A stretch of 64,000 nucleotides of DNA from a virus (Duplodnaviria > Caudoviricetes). The stretch's first letter is position 1. The number at the start of each line of letters is the position of its first letter. The position numbers and the translations under genes are program-made. The notes beneath the pieces are model-generated. The model worked only from the letters and a program-made list of their open reading frames with translations, ran no database searches and had not been told where the DNA came from. Positions 27,415-37,054 of this stretch are shown here, in pieces. The stretch covers positions 15,366 to 79,365 of IMG/VR virus record IMGVR_UViG_3300032305_002766; one strand, given 5' to 3'.

Positions 27415-28638
27415 TTATTTTTTAAAATTACTTTTAAGTTTTCGTAATATAGTTTCAGCTAATGTATTTTCGTACCCTGAGTCATAATCATAATCATCAT
27501 CTTCACCAATATTCCAATCATCAATTTCAATATCTTGAGAATTTAAATCATAAAAGAAATCATAGATATCTGATGGAGTGTTTGAAGCATATAAAGTATC
27601 ATCGTATTTTTTAATATCAAAATTATCTCTATATTCGTCATATGTACCTATTGCTTTACGAGCATCTCTGTTTGATACTTTAACGAAATATTTTTCATCA
27701 ATTTCACCACCCATACCTTCTTTTATATTGGGGTTATCGCCTAACGCAAATTTTTCGTAATTTTGTAAATCGTTATAATATTTAATTTGATGTTTTTTAC
27801 CATCTGTATCAATACCATAAACTATTGCATCAAATTTACCCATTCCATCATCACGTTTACCTGAGAGGAATTGTCTTAGTGATGATTTAGCACGTGCCTT
27901 ATTAATGAAGGATAATTGTTCTTCTTTAATTTCTTCAGTAGCACCTACAATTTCTTCGTAATCATCCATTTGTAAGATACCTCTTTCTTTACCTAATTTA
28001 TTTGCTTTTTCAGTAACGTCATGTAAATCTAAATCTTGTTCAGCATCTTCTCTAGCATATTCCAACATACGAAGGAATAAAGGAATATCCATTGTAATTG
28101 TATCAACGGCATCTTCTTCTTTAGCTTCTAATAAGTTCTTTTTAAGATAAGAAGCGTCAATGTCAATTTCTAAACTAACATTTCCTTCTTTGGCTTTTTC
28201 GTTATGAGGTTTGATAACAAGTTTACCAACATTGTCTTTTACCTTCATTACTTTCCAATCTTCACCATCCTTAAATTTAAGGATATCACCAACTTTATAA
28301 TCAGAAATAGATTTAGATTCATATGCTGTTGTCATAGCTTCATTTATACCTTGGAAATTAGTTGTTCTAAGAGCTTGCATGATAGCATATACAGCATCTT
28401 GTTCTGAGTAATCATAGTGATTGGCAAGGGCTTTAATAAATCTATTTACTTTATTAATTACTTCTGGGTTTATACCTTCATTTAGGTTTGAAATTTCATC
28501 TCTAACCCATTCTTTTTCATTTGGACCTAATTGATCATAATCCATACCAAACTCTTCGTTTGCTATTTCATCATATATATCTCTTTCTTCTTTTAAAGGT
28601 TTAGAAAAGAATTCTTTAATTTTTTGTAAATCTTTCAT
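27415..28638 (-). CDS. Modular acidic hypothetical protein (putative processed head cargo)
   Basis: 407 aa; segments separated by LKE, LNE, INE, LLE, IKE, IKE, LAE. Confidence 0.7.
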   Translation of the reverse strand: MKDLQKIKEFFSKPLKEERDIYDEIANEEFGMDYDQLGPNEKEWVRDEISNLNEGINPEVINKVNRFIKALANHYDYSEQDAVYAIMQALRTTNFQGINEAMTTAYESKSISDYKVGDILKFKDGEDWKVMKVKDNVGKLVIKPHNEKAKEGNVSLEIDIDASYLKKNLLEAKEEDAVDTITMDIPLFLRMLEYAREDAEQDLDLHDVTEKANKLGKERGILQMDDYEEIVGATEEIKEEQLSFINKARAKSSLRQFLSGKRDDGMGKFDAIVYGIDTDGKKHQIKYYNDLQNYEKFALGDNPNIKEGMGGEIDEKYFVKVSNRDARKAIGTYDEYRDNFDIKKYDDTLYASNTPSDIYDFFYDLNSQDIEIDDWNIGEDDDYDYDSGYENTLAETILRKLKSNFKK

Positions 28639-29261
28639 TTGGTTGATTTTAAATAATCAGTTAGTAGTGAACCAATAGCCCCTACTTTCTGTCTTATAAA
28701 TATCCATTCTTCTCTGGATAATTTATGTTCTTTATCATTAAATGCTATTCCCATTACTCCTATAAAATGTTTATCTAAATCATCTATAGCAATCATGTAA
28801 AATGATTTAGTACCATAATCACGAGCAAAAATACTCAAATCATATGTTTCATCAGTGTTATAATTAACAACAGCTAATTCACCATCTTTATAAAGTTTAG
28901 ATAATGCTTTAGGGAATAAAGATACAGGGATTTGTTGAAAAATATGTTGGATAGTTCCAGTATTAGGAGTGATTTTTTCGTAAAAAAGAGAAAATTTCTG
29001 AATGGATTTCCCTGTAGGGAAAAAATGACCACCATTGTGGAATTGACCTATCCAAATACGATCACATTCTATTTCTTCCATAATCTGATCTAGTTGTTTA
29101 TCAACTAGTTCATTTAAGTCAATGGCTTCTTTTACTGGGGATAGTTTTTCAGTTTTAGATTGTTTTTCTAATTTATTTTTAAACCAAGTTATGATTAAAG
29201 GCCCTACTACAGTGGTAATAAGAGCAACAGCAATCGTTGTAATTGTTGCTAAAATTGTCAT
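28635..29261 (-). CDS. Membrane protein with a GAF-like soluble domain (T4 holin T-like architecture)
   Basis: Single N-terminal TM helix, then DRIWIGQFHNG...YMIAIDDLDKHFIGVMGIAF with GAF-type topology. Confidence 0.5.
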   Translation of the reverse strand: MTILATITTIAVALITTVVGPLIITWFKNKLEKQSKTEKLSPVKEAIDLNELVDKQLDQIMEEIECDRIWIGQFHNGGHFFPTGKSIQKFSLFYEKITPNTGTIQHIFQQIPVSLFPKALSKLYKDGELAVVNYNTDETYDLSIFARDYGTKSFYMIAIDDLDKHFIGVMGIAFNDKEHKLSREEWIFIRQKVGAIGSLLTDYLKSTK

Positions 29262-29830
29262 TCTTTTCTTTGTTTATGAAGATGTTCTAATGCTTCTTGT
29301 TTATATTTCAATAATTGATTTTTTCCAGAACCGCTCCAATTTTCTATATCACCCGCCTCCGTAACAAAGGTTTCGTTACTGTTGATTAATTCATCTACCC
29401 AAATTTCGAAATCTTTAGTAACACCATCTAAATGATCATTAATAACTTGTTTTTCTACTTGTTCTAATTTTCCTTGTTTTCTTAATTCGTGTTCACTATC
29501 TACCTGGCAATTAAAACAGTGGCTATACATTACATACCATTGTTTATCTAAATGAGGTTTTAATGATTTAGAACAAGAAGGGCAAAATAAAGGTAATACT
29601 ATACCTTCTTTTGCCTTATCTAATTTTGTAATATTTTGTTTTATACCATTTTTAATAGTCCATGATCGTCCGTCTTCTTCCCATACATCTCCTTCATCAT
29701 GGAATTCTTTTGCTTTTGTATAACCAGTTCCCATAGTAGTTTTTTCTCCATACTTACCTTGGACAAGATTACGGAGACGATTAACGTCACTATGTTTAAA
29801 CTCTTTTTTTAAAACTGAATCGTTTTTCAT
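29258..29830 (-). CDS. Hypothetical zinc-finger protein
   Basis: CPSC...CFNC motif. Confidence 0.65.
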   Translation of the reverse strand: MKNDSVLKKEFKHSDVNRLRNLVQGKYGEKTTMGTGYTKAKEFHDEGDVWEEDGRSWTIKNGIKQNITKLDKAKEGIVLPLFCPSCSKSLKPHLDKQWYVMYSHCFNCQVDSEHELRKQGKLEQVEKQVINDHLDGVTKDFEIWVDELINSNETFVTEAGDIENWSGSGKNQLLKYKQEALEHLHKQRKE

Positions 29831-30099
29831 TTGTTTGCTGCTGTTATTGGTTTCTGTAATTTAATTATTGCTTTCATTTTATATTTCCCAGCAATGTTTT
29901 TAATTTTTTTAGAAACCGTATCTGCCCCGGATCCATTTAAATCTACAACTAAAGTATCTTCTTTAATAGGTGATTTAATCACTCTATGTTCTAATTCACT
30001 ATAATTTGTTGTAAAAAAACTACTTAGAAAATAAGTACTAAGATCAACATTGGTTTTCTCTACTTCATTTCCGCTAATAACTACTCTTCTAAAGGCCAT
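29827..30099 (-). CDS. Hypothetical protein
   Basis: 90-aa ORF with a 4-nt overlap to the next gene. Confidence 0.55.
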   Translation of the reverse strand: MAFRRVVISGNEVEKTNVDLSTYFLSSFFTTNYSELEHRVIKSPIKEDTLVVDLNGSGADTVSKKIKNIAGKYKMKAIIKLQKPITAANK

Positions 30100-30126
30100 A
30101 TTTTATTGTTTTGATTAGGTGTAAAT

Positions 30127-33100
30127 TTAATGACCCTTTTTGGCTTTTCCAAGTTCTTCCAATGGTAATTTTGGAGAAGTGGTTTTAAAATCTCGTTTAC
30201 GCATAACAGTTTTAGCAACTAAATCCATTTCATCATTTTTAGCATCGTAATTTAATGCAAATGGTAAATTGATACTAGTACGTAAATCGTTTAATACGGC
30301 TTCAAAATTGTCAGGGAAATCAGATAATTTCTTTCCATATTTTTCGGCTGTTTTGATAAATAAATCTTCAAGTTCTTCAGCTGAGATAGGTTTTCCATTA
30401 CGTGGATCATTTACTCTTTCAAGAAAATGGTAAGTAAATTCTACATCAATGCCGTAATCCTCAAACCACTCATCTGCTATTTTTTCGATTTGATTTAAAT
30501 CGCTTCTAGTTATTTCTTCTTTTAATTCTTGAACTAATTCACGAGCATATTCTTTTAAACCAAATGGGTCTGATTTTGGGGTATTATTGTGCCAGCATTT
30601 ATGGCAAGTAAATAAATCGTTTCCTCCATCTTTTATAGCCCATTTCCAACCACATTTATCACATATAATATCAGTTGCAGTCATTAATTCTTTTACAGGA
30701 GCAAACCCTGAACCATAAGGTAAGGCTGTACCTGCTTGTGGGTCAGATGCTTCTTTCATTTTATTTAAACGTTGTGTCTTCTTTTTAGACATTTCTTTAC
30801 GTTTTTCAATATAATCTAAAGCACGTTTTAATCTTGATTTCACTTCAGGATCTTTTGCTTTACCATAAGCTGCTCTTACTCGTTGGTGAATTAAGTTAAT
30901 TACTTGAGATTGACGAGCGTGTGCTTTAGATTTAAATGATTTTTTATTTAAAGTATCAACGATATCTTCTTTGGTTTTAAATTTAACTCTAACTGTATCT
31001 GATGGATCTTCATCTGTGTATAATCTACGACCTGATCCTTTAGGTTTTTTACCTGTTCCTTTTTTAGGATCATTTTCTGGGATTATTAGTTCGTTTAGGT
31101 TTTCTATGTCTGTAGGGTATGATTTGGTTTTAGAATAAAATTCTATCATCCATGGTAATTGTTTCCATGAGTCTACTCCGTTAGGTGTTTCAGCATCAAA
31201 ATATTTACCTTCATATTCAACCCAAACATGTCCTAATGTATTATTTCTAGAATCTTCTGTACTCATTATTTTAGAGCCAGGTAAATATTTACTTAAATTT
31301 TTAGCAAAAATATCACAGAAACCATTATTACATTCTTTTCCTCCAAATTTATCCCAATTTTTATATGTTATTTTTAATGCATCTTTTTCTGTTTGGGATA
31401 ATGCTTTTTGATGTATATTCAATTCTGCTACTATAGCATTACCTGGGAAGTAGGTTATTATATTCTCGCCTTGTTGTTTAATTTTAGCATCAGGAAATAC
31501 TTTTAATATAAATGCTTTATATAAATTATCTCTTTGGTTACTAAAATCTTCTTCGCTTGATTTTTTAGAAGGGGAGTATAAAATTGCTTTAATATCTCCT
31601 CTATACTGTCTTAAATAATGTTTAATAATATTCGTTATTGTAGACATTACTCTATATAGTTCTCCTTTATTGACTACTATTTTTGAAGATGAACCCTCAG
31701 CACCTTTAGGTTTTGCTAAAAATTCAATATCCATAGCTTCCATAGACATATCCTCATCTTCAGGATCGTCAATTTCGATATGTGTTAAATCTACCTCATA
31801 TTTGGTTTCGGAAGGTGTGGTAAATTCTATAGAAGTAACTCGACCACTACTATCAACTTCTGTCCACTTATAAGGTTCAAGATTAGCTTCACCTACTTCA
31901 TTTATTGGGAAGAATTTATCTTTAAATTTAGAAGGATATGTTGAAAATTTACCTTTACTTAAAAAATTAGTTAGTGTACCTAATAATGTAGTTCCTGAAA
32001 TTCCTAAAATGGGAATAGCGCTCATTTTGAATATGTCTACAACATTACGATGTAACTTTTCTTTTTCTTCAGGAGTTAATTCTTGTTTTTTAATATATTT
32101 GGTAAATAATTCTTTAAATCCTTTAAAATCACCTGTTTGATCTTTATAAGCTGATTTGAAAGTGGAAATTAGGTTTTTAGTTTTATCTAAAATCCCTTCG
32201 TCTAATTTAGTTTTACTATCTGACCATTTTCTAAATTCAATATTACCATTTAGATAGGCTTCTTTTTCTATAGTTTCTAAATAATCGTCTTCATTTGTAT
32301 TAGTAGTATTAATATCACCATTACCTATTCTACCTTCAAGATTTTGTATATGATGGATCATTTCATGAGAAAATGAACGTACAATATCTTTTGGATGACG
32401 ACCATAAGTGTAAAGTACAATTAATTTATCATTAGGATTATAATATGCTGTTTTACCAAAAAAGTCTTCAGCATTCTTACTATCATCATGTATAAATTTT
32501 ACTTTAGGCAAAGGACGAATATTCATACCTTTATCTAACATGTATTTTGTTAGATCTTGTATTTTTTCTTTATAATCTGTGTTTATTAAATTTTCTTGTA
32601 AAGGTAAAGATAAAGCTTTAGCTCTTTGTTTCCATAAATCTAAAATATTATTTCTATCTTTTTTATTTAATCTTACTTTATCAAAATAATCATTAATTAC
32701 ATCTTTAAAAGGTGTTTTTGATTTTTTAGCTTTCAAGTACATACCTTGAAGCATAGCATCTACCTCTTTTTCTAATTTAAAGTATTCTGATTTAGGTAAA
32801 ACTTTTAAAGCAATTAAATTTCGTAAAATTTCATCATCTTCCATTTCTTTAGACGAAATTACATTAGACCCGGCTTGAGTTAAATGTTCAATTTCATGTC
32901 TAACAACATCTATTAGATCATTATATATGGTTTCCCATTTTTGAGGTAAATCTCTAGGATCTACTTGGAATTTAATTTCTAAATATGCTGGGGTTCTTAA
33001 TGGATCTGCTCCTCCATCTACTCTATAAACTTCTGTTTTTGTTTCTTTAACATTTAAAGTAGCATAAAGTTCAAAGTTAATAGATTGACCTTTAGAATTT

Positions 33101-33789
33101 TCGGATTCATAATCCTCATTATATTCTAAAAGTTCAGGAGTACCATCATATTGACTTTTCCAATCATTAATTATATCTTTAACAATCATTCTTGTTAATG
33201 AATCATAACGACCTTCATTGATGGTTTCTTTTCCTTCTAATAGATCCTTAAGTTTAATAATAACATTTTGAGGAGTATCTATTAAAATCCCAATCCCACC
33301 TGCTTGTTCAAAAGCTCTAATGTTTTCGGGTTTATCATCAATTAATACGGAATTTGGTGTAGCCCATAATGCTTTTTCTTTACCATTTTTGGACCAATTC
33401 ATTGGTAATGAACCTATATTTTTTGTAACCCATTCTGTTTTACCATCAATGGGAGCATCAAAAAATCTTCTACCAGTTAATTCTTTATTTGCTTTAGATA
33501 ATTCAGGAACAGCAGAAAGTATTTCAACTTTATTGAAATTATTTTTAGCAAAATCAACCATTTCTTTAGCTCCTGGAATGATAGGGGCATTAAGCCAATA
33601 ATCTAGATTTTCAACTGTATCTTGAGGTTTGATTTTTCTATCTTCACCAGTTTCAGGATCCTTAATAAACGTAGTTGCTAAATTTTGAGTGTAGTTTGAT
33701 AAAGTATCATCTACATCAAAATAAATAATATAGTCTCGATTATCTTCTTCTAAAAGATCCTCCAATAAGAATTTGGTAAGCAAATCCAT
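30127..33789 (-). CDS. Multi-domain polyvalent protein: HAD nucleotidase, two HExxH metallopeptidase-like modules, Cys-His-Asp hydrolase, Zn ribbon, RelE-like C-terminus
   Basis: FDVDDTL...LIDDK (HAD); HEIEH; HEMIH...E; NNGFC...GHVWV...YFDAE; CDKC...CHKC; HFLERVND...AKTVMRK. Each module is bounded by [LIVM]xE. Confidence 0.8.
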   Translation of the reverse strand: MDLLTKFLLEDLLEEDNRDYIIYFDVDDTLSNYTQNLATTFIKDPETGEDRKIKPQDTVENLDYWLNAPIIPGAKEMVDFAKNNFNKVEILSAVPELSKANKELTGRRFFDAPIDGKTEWVTKNIGSLPMNWSKNGKEKALWATPNSVLIDDKPENIRAFEQAGGIGILIDTPQNVIIKLKDLLEGKETINEGRYDSLTRMIVKDIINDWKSQYDGTPELLEYNEDYESENSKGQSINFELYATLNVKETKTEVYRVDGGADPLRTPAYLEIKFQVDPRDLPQKWETIYNDLIDVVRHEIEHLTQAGSNVISSKEMEDDEILRNLIALKVLPKSEYFKLEKEVDAMLQGMYLKAKKSKTPFKDVINDYFDKVRLNKKDRNNILDLWKQRAKALSLPLQENLINTDYKEKIQDLTKYMLDKGMNIRPLPKVKFIHDDSKNAEDFFGKTAYYNPNDKLIVLYTYGRHPKDIVRSFSHEMIHHIQNLEGRIGNGDINTTNTNEDDYLETIEKEAYLNGNIEFRKWSDSKTKLDEGILDKTKNLISTFKSAYKDQTGDFKGFKELFTKYIKKQELTPEEKEKLHRNVVDIFKMSAIPILGISGTTLLGTLTNFLSKGKFSTYPSKFKDKFFPINEVGEANLEPYKWTEVDSSGRVTSIEFTTPSETKYEVDLTHIEIDDPEDEDMSMEAMDIEFLAKPKGAEGSSSKIVVNKGELYRVMSTITNIIKHYLRQYRGDIKAILYSPSKKSSEEDFSNQRDNLYKAFILKVFPDAKIKQQGENIITYFPGNAIVAELNIHQKALSQTEKDALKITYKNWDKFGGKECNNGFCDIFAKNLSKYLPGSKIMSTEDSRNNTLGHVWVEYEGKYFDAETPNGVDSWKQLPWMIEFYSKTKSYPTDIENLNELIIPENDPKKGTGKKPKGSGRRLYTDEDPSDTVRVKFKTKEDIVDTLNKKSFKSKAHARQSQVINLIHQRVRAAYGKAKDPEVKSRLKRALDYIEKRKEMSKKKTQRLNKMKEASDPQAGTALPYGSGFAPVKELMTATDIICDKCGWKWAIKDGGNDLFTCHKCWHNNTPKSDPFGLKEYARELVQELKEEITRSDLNQIEKIADEWFEDYGIDVEFTYHFLERVNDPRNGKPISAEELEDLFIKTAEKYGKKLSDFPDNFEAVLNDLRTSINLPFALNYDAKNDEMDLVAKTVMRKRDFKTTSPKLPLEELGKAKKGH

Positions 33790-33791
33790 TA

Positions 33792-34157
33792 TTATTTAAG
33801 CTTTTGGATTTTTTCTTTTGCAGCTGCTTTCTTTTCTTCAATATCTTTTTTAGCACCACGGAAAGCTTCCATTGCCTCTTCCATTTCTTTAAGCTGCGAT
33901 TCATATTCCATGAAAGCTTCATTAGCATGACGATTAGCCTCAGAGCGGTTTTTATAAACACCTTTAGTTTCCTCCATTTTGATTTCGTCAAATACAGTAG
34001 CTTCGCAAACCATTCCTTCTTTAGTCATACCTTTACCAGGTTTTTTAACTACGAAAAATTTACCAATTTCATCTACTACAGTTGGACTATCCTCTTCTTT
34101 AATGGATTTTTTATCTTTTTTTTCTTCTACTTCTTTAAGTAAGTCTAATAATTTCAT
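33792..34157 (-). CDS. Hypothetical protein with MKLLDLLKE leader
   Basis: 121 aa; motif GATAAATA (plus strand, 34180..34187) upstream. Confidence 0.65.
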   Translation of the reverse strand: MKLLDLLKEVEEKKDKKSIKEEDSPTVVDEIGKFFVVKKPGKGMTKEGMVCEATVFDEIKMEETKGVYKNRSEANRHANEAFMEYESQLKEMEEAMEAFRGAKKDIEEKKAAAKEKIQKLK

Positions 34158-34339
34158 AATTATATAGTTTTGTTCGGATGATAAATACTTAATAATTTTG
34201 TTTCTTATCGTTTATTTTTACATTTTTTAATTAATTCATATAAATGATATAATAAATGCCACTCAATTTGAATGGCATTCTATAAAAATGTGATAAATAT
34301 TTATAAAAACGTTTTGTTTCAATTGTTTCCGCTATATTT

Positions 34340-35110
34340 TTATTGTTCTTTTTTCACTTGTGTTTTGAATTCTGTAAATACAGGTGCTTCGTTTGGATTT
34401 TCTAAATCGAATAAACGTTTTACTGTTTTAAAGATTTCAATGTTTTCTTCTTGTGTGCGAGATGGTAAAATCATTTCCCATCCTTTACCTTGCATTTTTT
34501 CTTTATTAGGTTTACGTTTAGAAGATTTTAACCATAAAATACCTACACGATCAGGTTTAACACCAAAGCATTCTTCATAACAATGAGCATAAATTGCTGC
34601 TTGTAATTCATATATTGTTTGCATATGATTTGATGTTTTATGGTCAATAATCCATAAATCATTATTAATTTTACAAACTAAATCTGTTGTTCCTGCTACT
34701 TTAAGTTCGTCTGAAAATAAATGAATTTCTTGGTCTATTAATTCAGGTTGATTAGTTTCCCAAAAATCAACAAAACGTAAGAACATTTGCCAAATATTAG
34801 GATCATATTGAGGATTACCCCATTCATTTAAAAAGTTCATTTCTTTACCTTCTAAATATTCTTCAATCATTTCGTGTACCTTAGTTCCATCTTCTGCTGC
34901 TTTACGAACAATGTAATCGGCTGATCGACCCATATTTTTAAGCCATTCTTCAAAGTGTTTACCTTTAGGATAACAACTTAAAACATGTGTAATTGATGGA
35001 TAATATTCTCCGTTTCGTCTGTAGTATCTAGAATCTGGGAGGGTAATTTGTTTGTGATCCTCCGAAATTTCTAAAATTCGATTGTTAACGGATTTAATAA
35101 TTTTTTTCAT
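34340..35110 (-). CDS. PD-(D/E)XK exonuclease (phage exonuclease/Cas4-like fold)
   Basis: YPSITHVL, GTKVHEMIE, VAGTTDLV, IIDHKTS, QAAIY motifs. Confidence 0.85.
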   Translation of the reverse strand: MKKIIKSVNNRILEISEDHKQITLPDSRYYRRNGEYYPSITHVLSCYPKGKHFEEWLKNMGRSADYIVRKAAEDGTKVHEMIEEYLEGKEMNFLNEWGNPQYDPNIWQMFLRFVDFWETNQPELIDQEIHLFSDELKVAGTTDLVCKINNDLWIIDHKTSNHMQTIYELQAAIYAHCYEECFGVKPDRVGILWLKSSKRKPNKEKMQGKGWEMILPSRTQEENIEIFKTVKRLFDLENPNEAPVFTEFKTQVKKEQ

Positions 35111-36036
35111 AGAAATAATTTTTTCTCAAGTAAACCGGAAAATGTTAAGGGGTAGGTTTCTTGAATTAGTTTAGTGAAATTTTTGAAACCCATTTCACTC
35201 GGGTCTTTATCTTGCATATCTACAAGATAAACTTCTTTTCCTTCTTTCATAAGTTGCTCGCAAAAATTTAAGGCTTGTTTTTGAGCATCTTTATCTAAGG
35301 CAATGTATATTTTATCAACTGTTGATTTTACTATTTTTTTCATTAAATTAGATTGAATGTTTTTTCCAAGTAAAGGAATAACATTACGTTTAATAGCAAT
35401 AGCATCAAATGGACCCTCACATAATATAAGAGGTAAATCCCAATTTACAAATAGTTCAAAAGGTATAATATCACGAGAAACTGATGGGTTTCTATATTTT
35501 ACAGATGGTTCTTTTTCAAATGAACGTCCTGTAAAGTAATTTATAGTTCCATTTTCATCAAATGAGGGAATTATAACCATATTAGCGTATCTTCCTGTCT
35601 CACAATATCCAATCCCATATTTTAAAATATCTTCTTCGGTAATACCTCGAGATTTGATATACGAAAGAGCATGTCTTCCTATGATGTTGGATTTTTGAAT
35701 ATCTGTTAAAGGTTTAAATTCTTTTGGAAGTTGTAATTTATGTTCAATCTGAATATGGGTTTCAGGTCCTACATACTTTACTAAAACTTTTAATTCAGAT
35801 ATTTTATCTTGAGAAACGGATGCTGATTTGAATAATTGGTAAAGTTTTTTACCTTTTTTATCACAAACCCAGCAATGCCAAGGATTTTCTCCTTTAGCAT
35901 TTTCAGTCATATTGATTTCTAGTTTAGGTTTATGGTGATTACATAAAGGACAATGGTAAGCATAATTACCACGAGCCGTTTGTTTACCAGAACCAAGCAC
36001 AGAATTAGTCAGTGCTACTAGAGATTGATTTATCAT
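35107..36036 (-). CDS. DNA primase (Zn finger plus TOPRIM)
   Basis: CPLCNH...HCWVC zinc finger; YIKSRGI; LCEGPFDA and ALDKDA TOPRIM motifs. Confidence 0.9.
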   Translation of the reverse strand: MINQSLVALTNSVLGSGKQTARGNYAYHCPLCNHHKPKLEINMTENAKGENPWHCWVCDKKGKKLYQLFKSASVSQDKISELKVLVKYVGPETHIQIEHKLQLPKEFKPLTDIQKSNIIGRHALSYIKSRGITEEDILKYGIGYCETGRYANMVIIPSFDENGTINYFTGRSFEKEPSVKYRNPSVSRDIIPFELFVNWDLPLILCEGPFDAIAIKRNVIPLLGKNIQSNLMKKIVKSTVDKIYIALDKDAQKQALNFCEQLMKEGKEVYLVDMQDKDPSEMGFKNFTKLIQETYPLTFSGLLEKKLFL

Positions 36037-36048
36037 AATGATAATATA

Positions 36049-36510
36049 CTAATTCTCTTTTGCTACTCCAAAGTCACGTGCGAAAAATTTTCCTAAAATA
36101 TTGTCGTTAAAATAAGATTCGGGATATTCTAAAACACCCATCATAAAAAGATACTTACATTCGTAATAAGTCAATAATTTTTTATTATTAACTACTTTAA
36201 GAATTTCACGTTTAAATTCGTCTTGTTTGTCTTCCTTGATGATTTCTAGTACAGGTTTAGCAGAACCAAAATATGTTTTCCAATCGCTTTCTTTTTGAAC
36301 TACTTTAGTAGTAGGTTTACGACCAGGTCCGGTTTGTTCAGCTAATTCTTTTTTAGTGAGTTTTTTCTTTATATTATGATATAAAGATTTTTTTCCAATA
36401 TATGCTTTCCCACTTGGTATATGAGTAGTTACATATATAAAACCAAAAGCATCTTGAGGTAAATCCTCTAGGGAATTTACCTCTTTATTTTGATATAACC
36501 AATTTTTCAT
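36049..36510 (-). CDS. GIY-YIG (Seg-like) nuclease-domain protein
   Basis: FGFIYVTT...KAYIGKK, WKTYFGS, F.REIL, YFNDNI motifs. Confidence 0.75.
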   Translation of the reverse strand: MKNWLYQNKEVNSLEDLPQDAFGFIYVTTHIPSGKAYIGKKSLYHNIKKKLTKKELAEQTGPGRKPTTKVVQKESDWKTYFGSAKPVLEIIKEDKQDEFKREILKVVNNKKLLTYYECKYLFMMGVLEYPESYFNDNILGKFFARDFGVAKEN

Positions 36511-36515
36511 AATTT

Positions 36516-37052
36516 TTATACTTTTATATATCCTGTATAAATTACATTACCCATATATGTAGAAGTATCATCGAAAAATTCTAAATAACCTCCATTAATT
36601 GTTGCTTTAATTGGAGGACCTGGATCGTCTACAGAGTTTGCTGTTACCCAAATATCGGTTCCTAAAGTTGTTGGAGTAGGTGCGGGAGAGAATGAATTTA
36701 AAGAAATAGAAGCAGATGTGGTAGAACCTCCCCCAAAAGTGGCAAATCCTGCAATTAAATACATTAGTCGTGGTGAATCTCCTTGAGGGATAACATTTAT
36801 GGTACCTAATGTAGAAGAGGCATTTAAAGAAAAAGAGGCTGTTACAGCACGTGATGAACTTATTGCAAAAGAGGCTGTTACAGCACGTGATGAACTTATT
36901 GCAAAAGAGGCTGAGGTTGCTGAACCTGTTAAACTACCACTAATGGAAACATCATATCCTCCATTTGATGTTAAGGCTGAATATAGTTGTAGGATATCAT
37001 TTGGTTGGATTGTATTTCCGTTTACAATGTTGGAATTATTTAAAGTTGCCAT
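36516..37052 (-). CDS. Short tail-fibre/baseplate-associated structural protein
   Basis: N-terminal IVNGNTIQPNDI; ISGSLTGSA and ASFAISSSRAVT repeats like fibre shafts. Confidence 0.55.
   Translation of the reverse strand: MATLNNSNIVNGNTIQPNDILQLYSALTSNGGYDVSISGSLTGSATSASFAISSSRAVTASFAISSSRAVTASFSLNASSTLGTINVIPQGDSPRLMYLIAGFATFGGGSTTSASISLNSFSPAPTPTTLGTDIWVTANSVDDPGPPIKATINGGYLEFFDDTSTYMGNVIYTGYIKV
36831..36913. repeat. 36-bp direct tandem repeat (2.3 copies) in a coding region
   Basis: AAAAGAGGCTGTTACAGCACGTGATGAACTTATTGC twice plus a partial copy, no spacer; encodes a 12-aa repeat. Confidence 0.9.
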
Positions 37053-37054
37053 GG

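Noticed and set aside
33740-33991. 83-aa minus-strand ORF bridging the 121-aa gene and the polyprotein (possible frameshift fusion)
   Set aside because: The polyprotein has its own ATG two bases after the upstream TAA and its own leader motif; no slippery site was seen.
34190-34300. Possible small RNA or peptide in the AT-rich gap (hairpin AATGCCA/TGGCATT, 15-codon ORF)
   Set aside because: Evidence too weak; compatible with an ordinary intergenic terminator/promoter region.
34340-35110. Cas4-like nuclease as evidence of a CRISPR system
   Set aside because: Sits next to primase as an ordinary phage exonuclease; no array, no other cas genes, and no Fe-S cysteine set seen.
36831-36913. 36-bp direct repeat resembling a CRISPR repeat length
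   Set aside because: Copies are contiguous with no spacers and encode a 12-aa protein repeat; no cas operon nearby.
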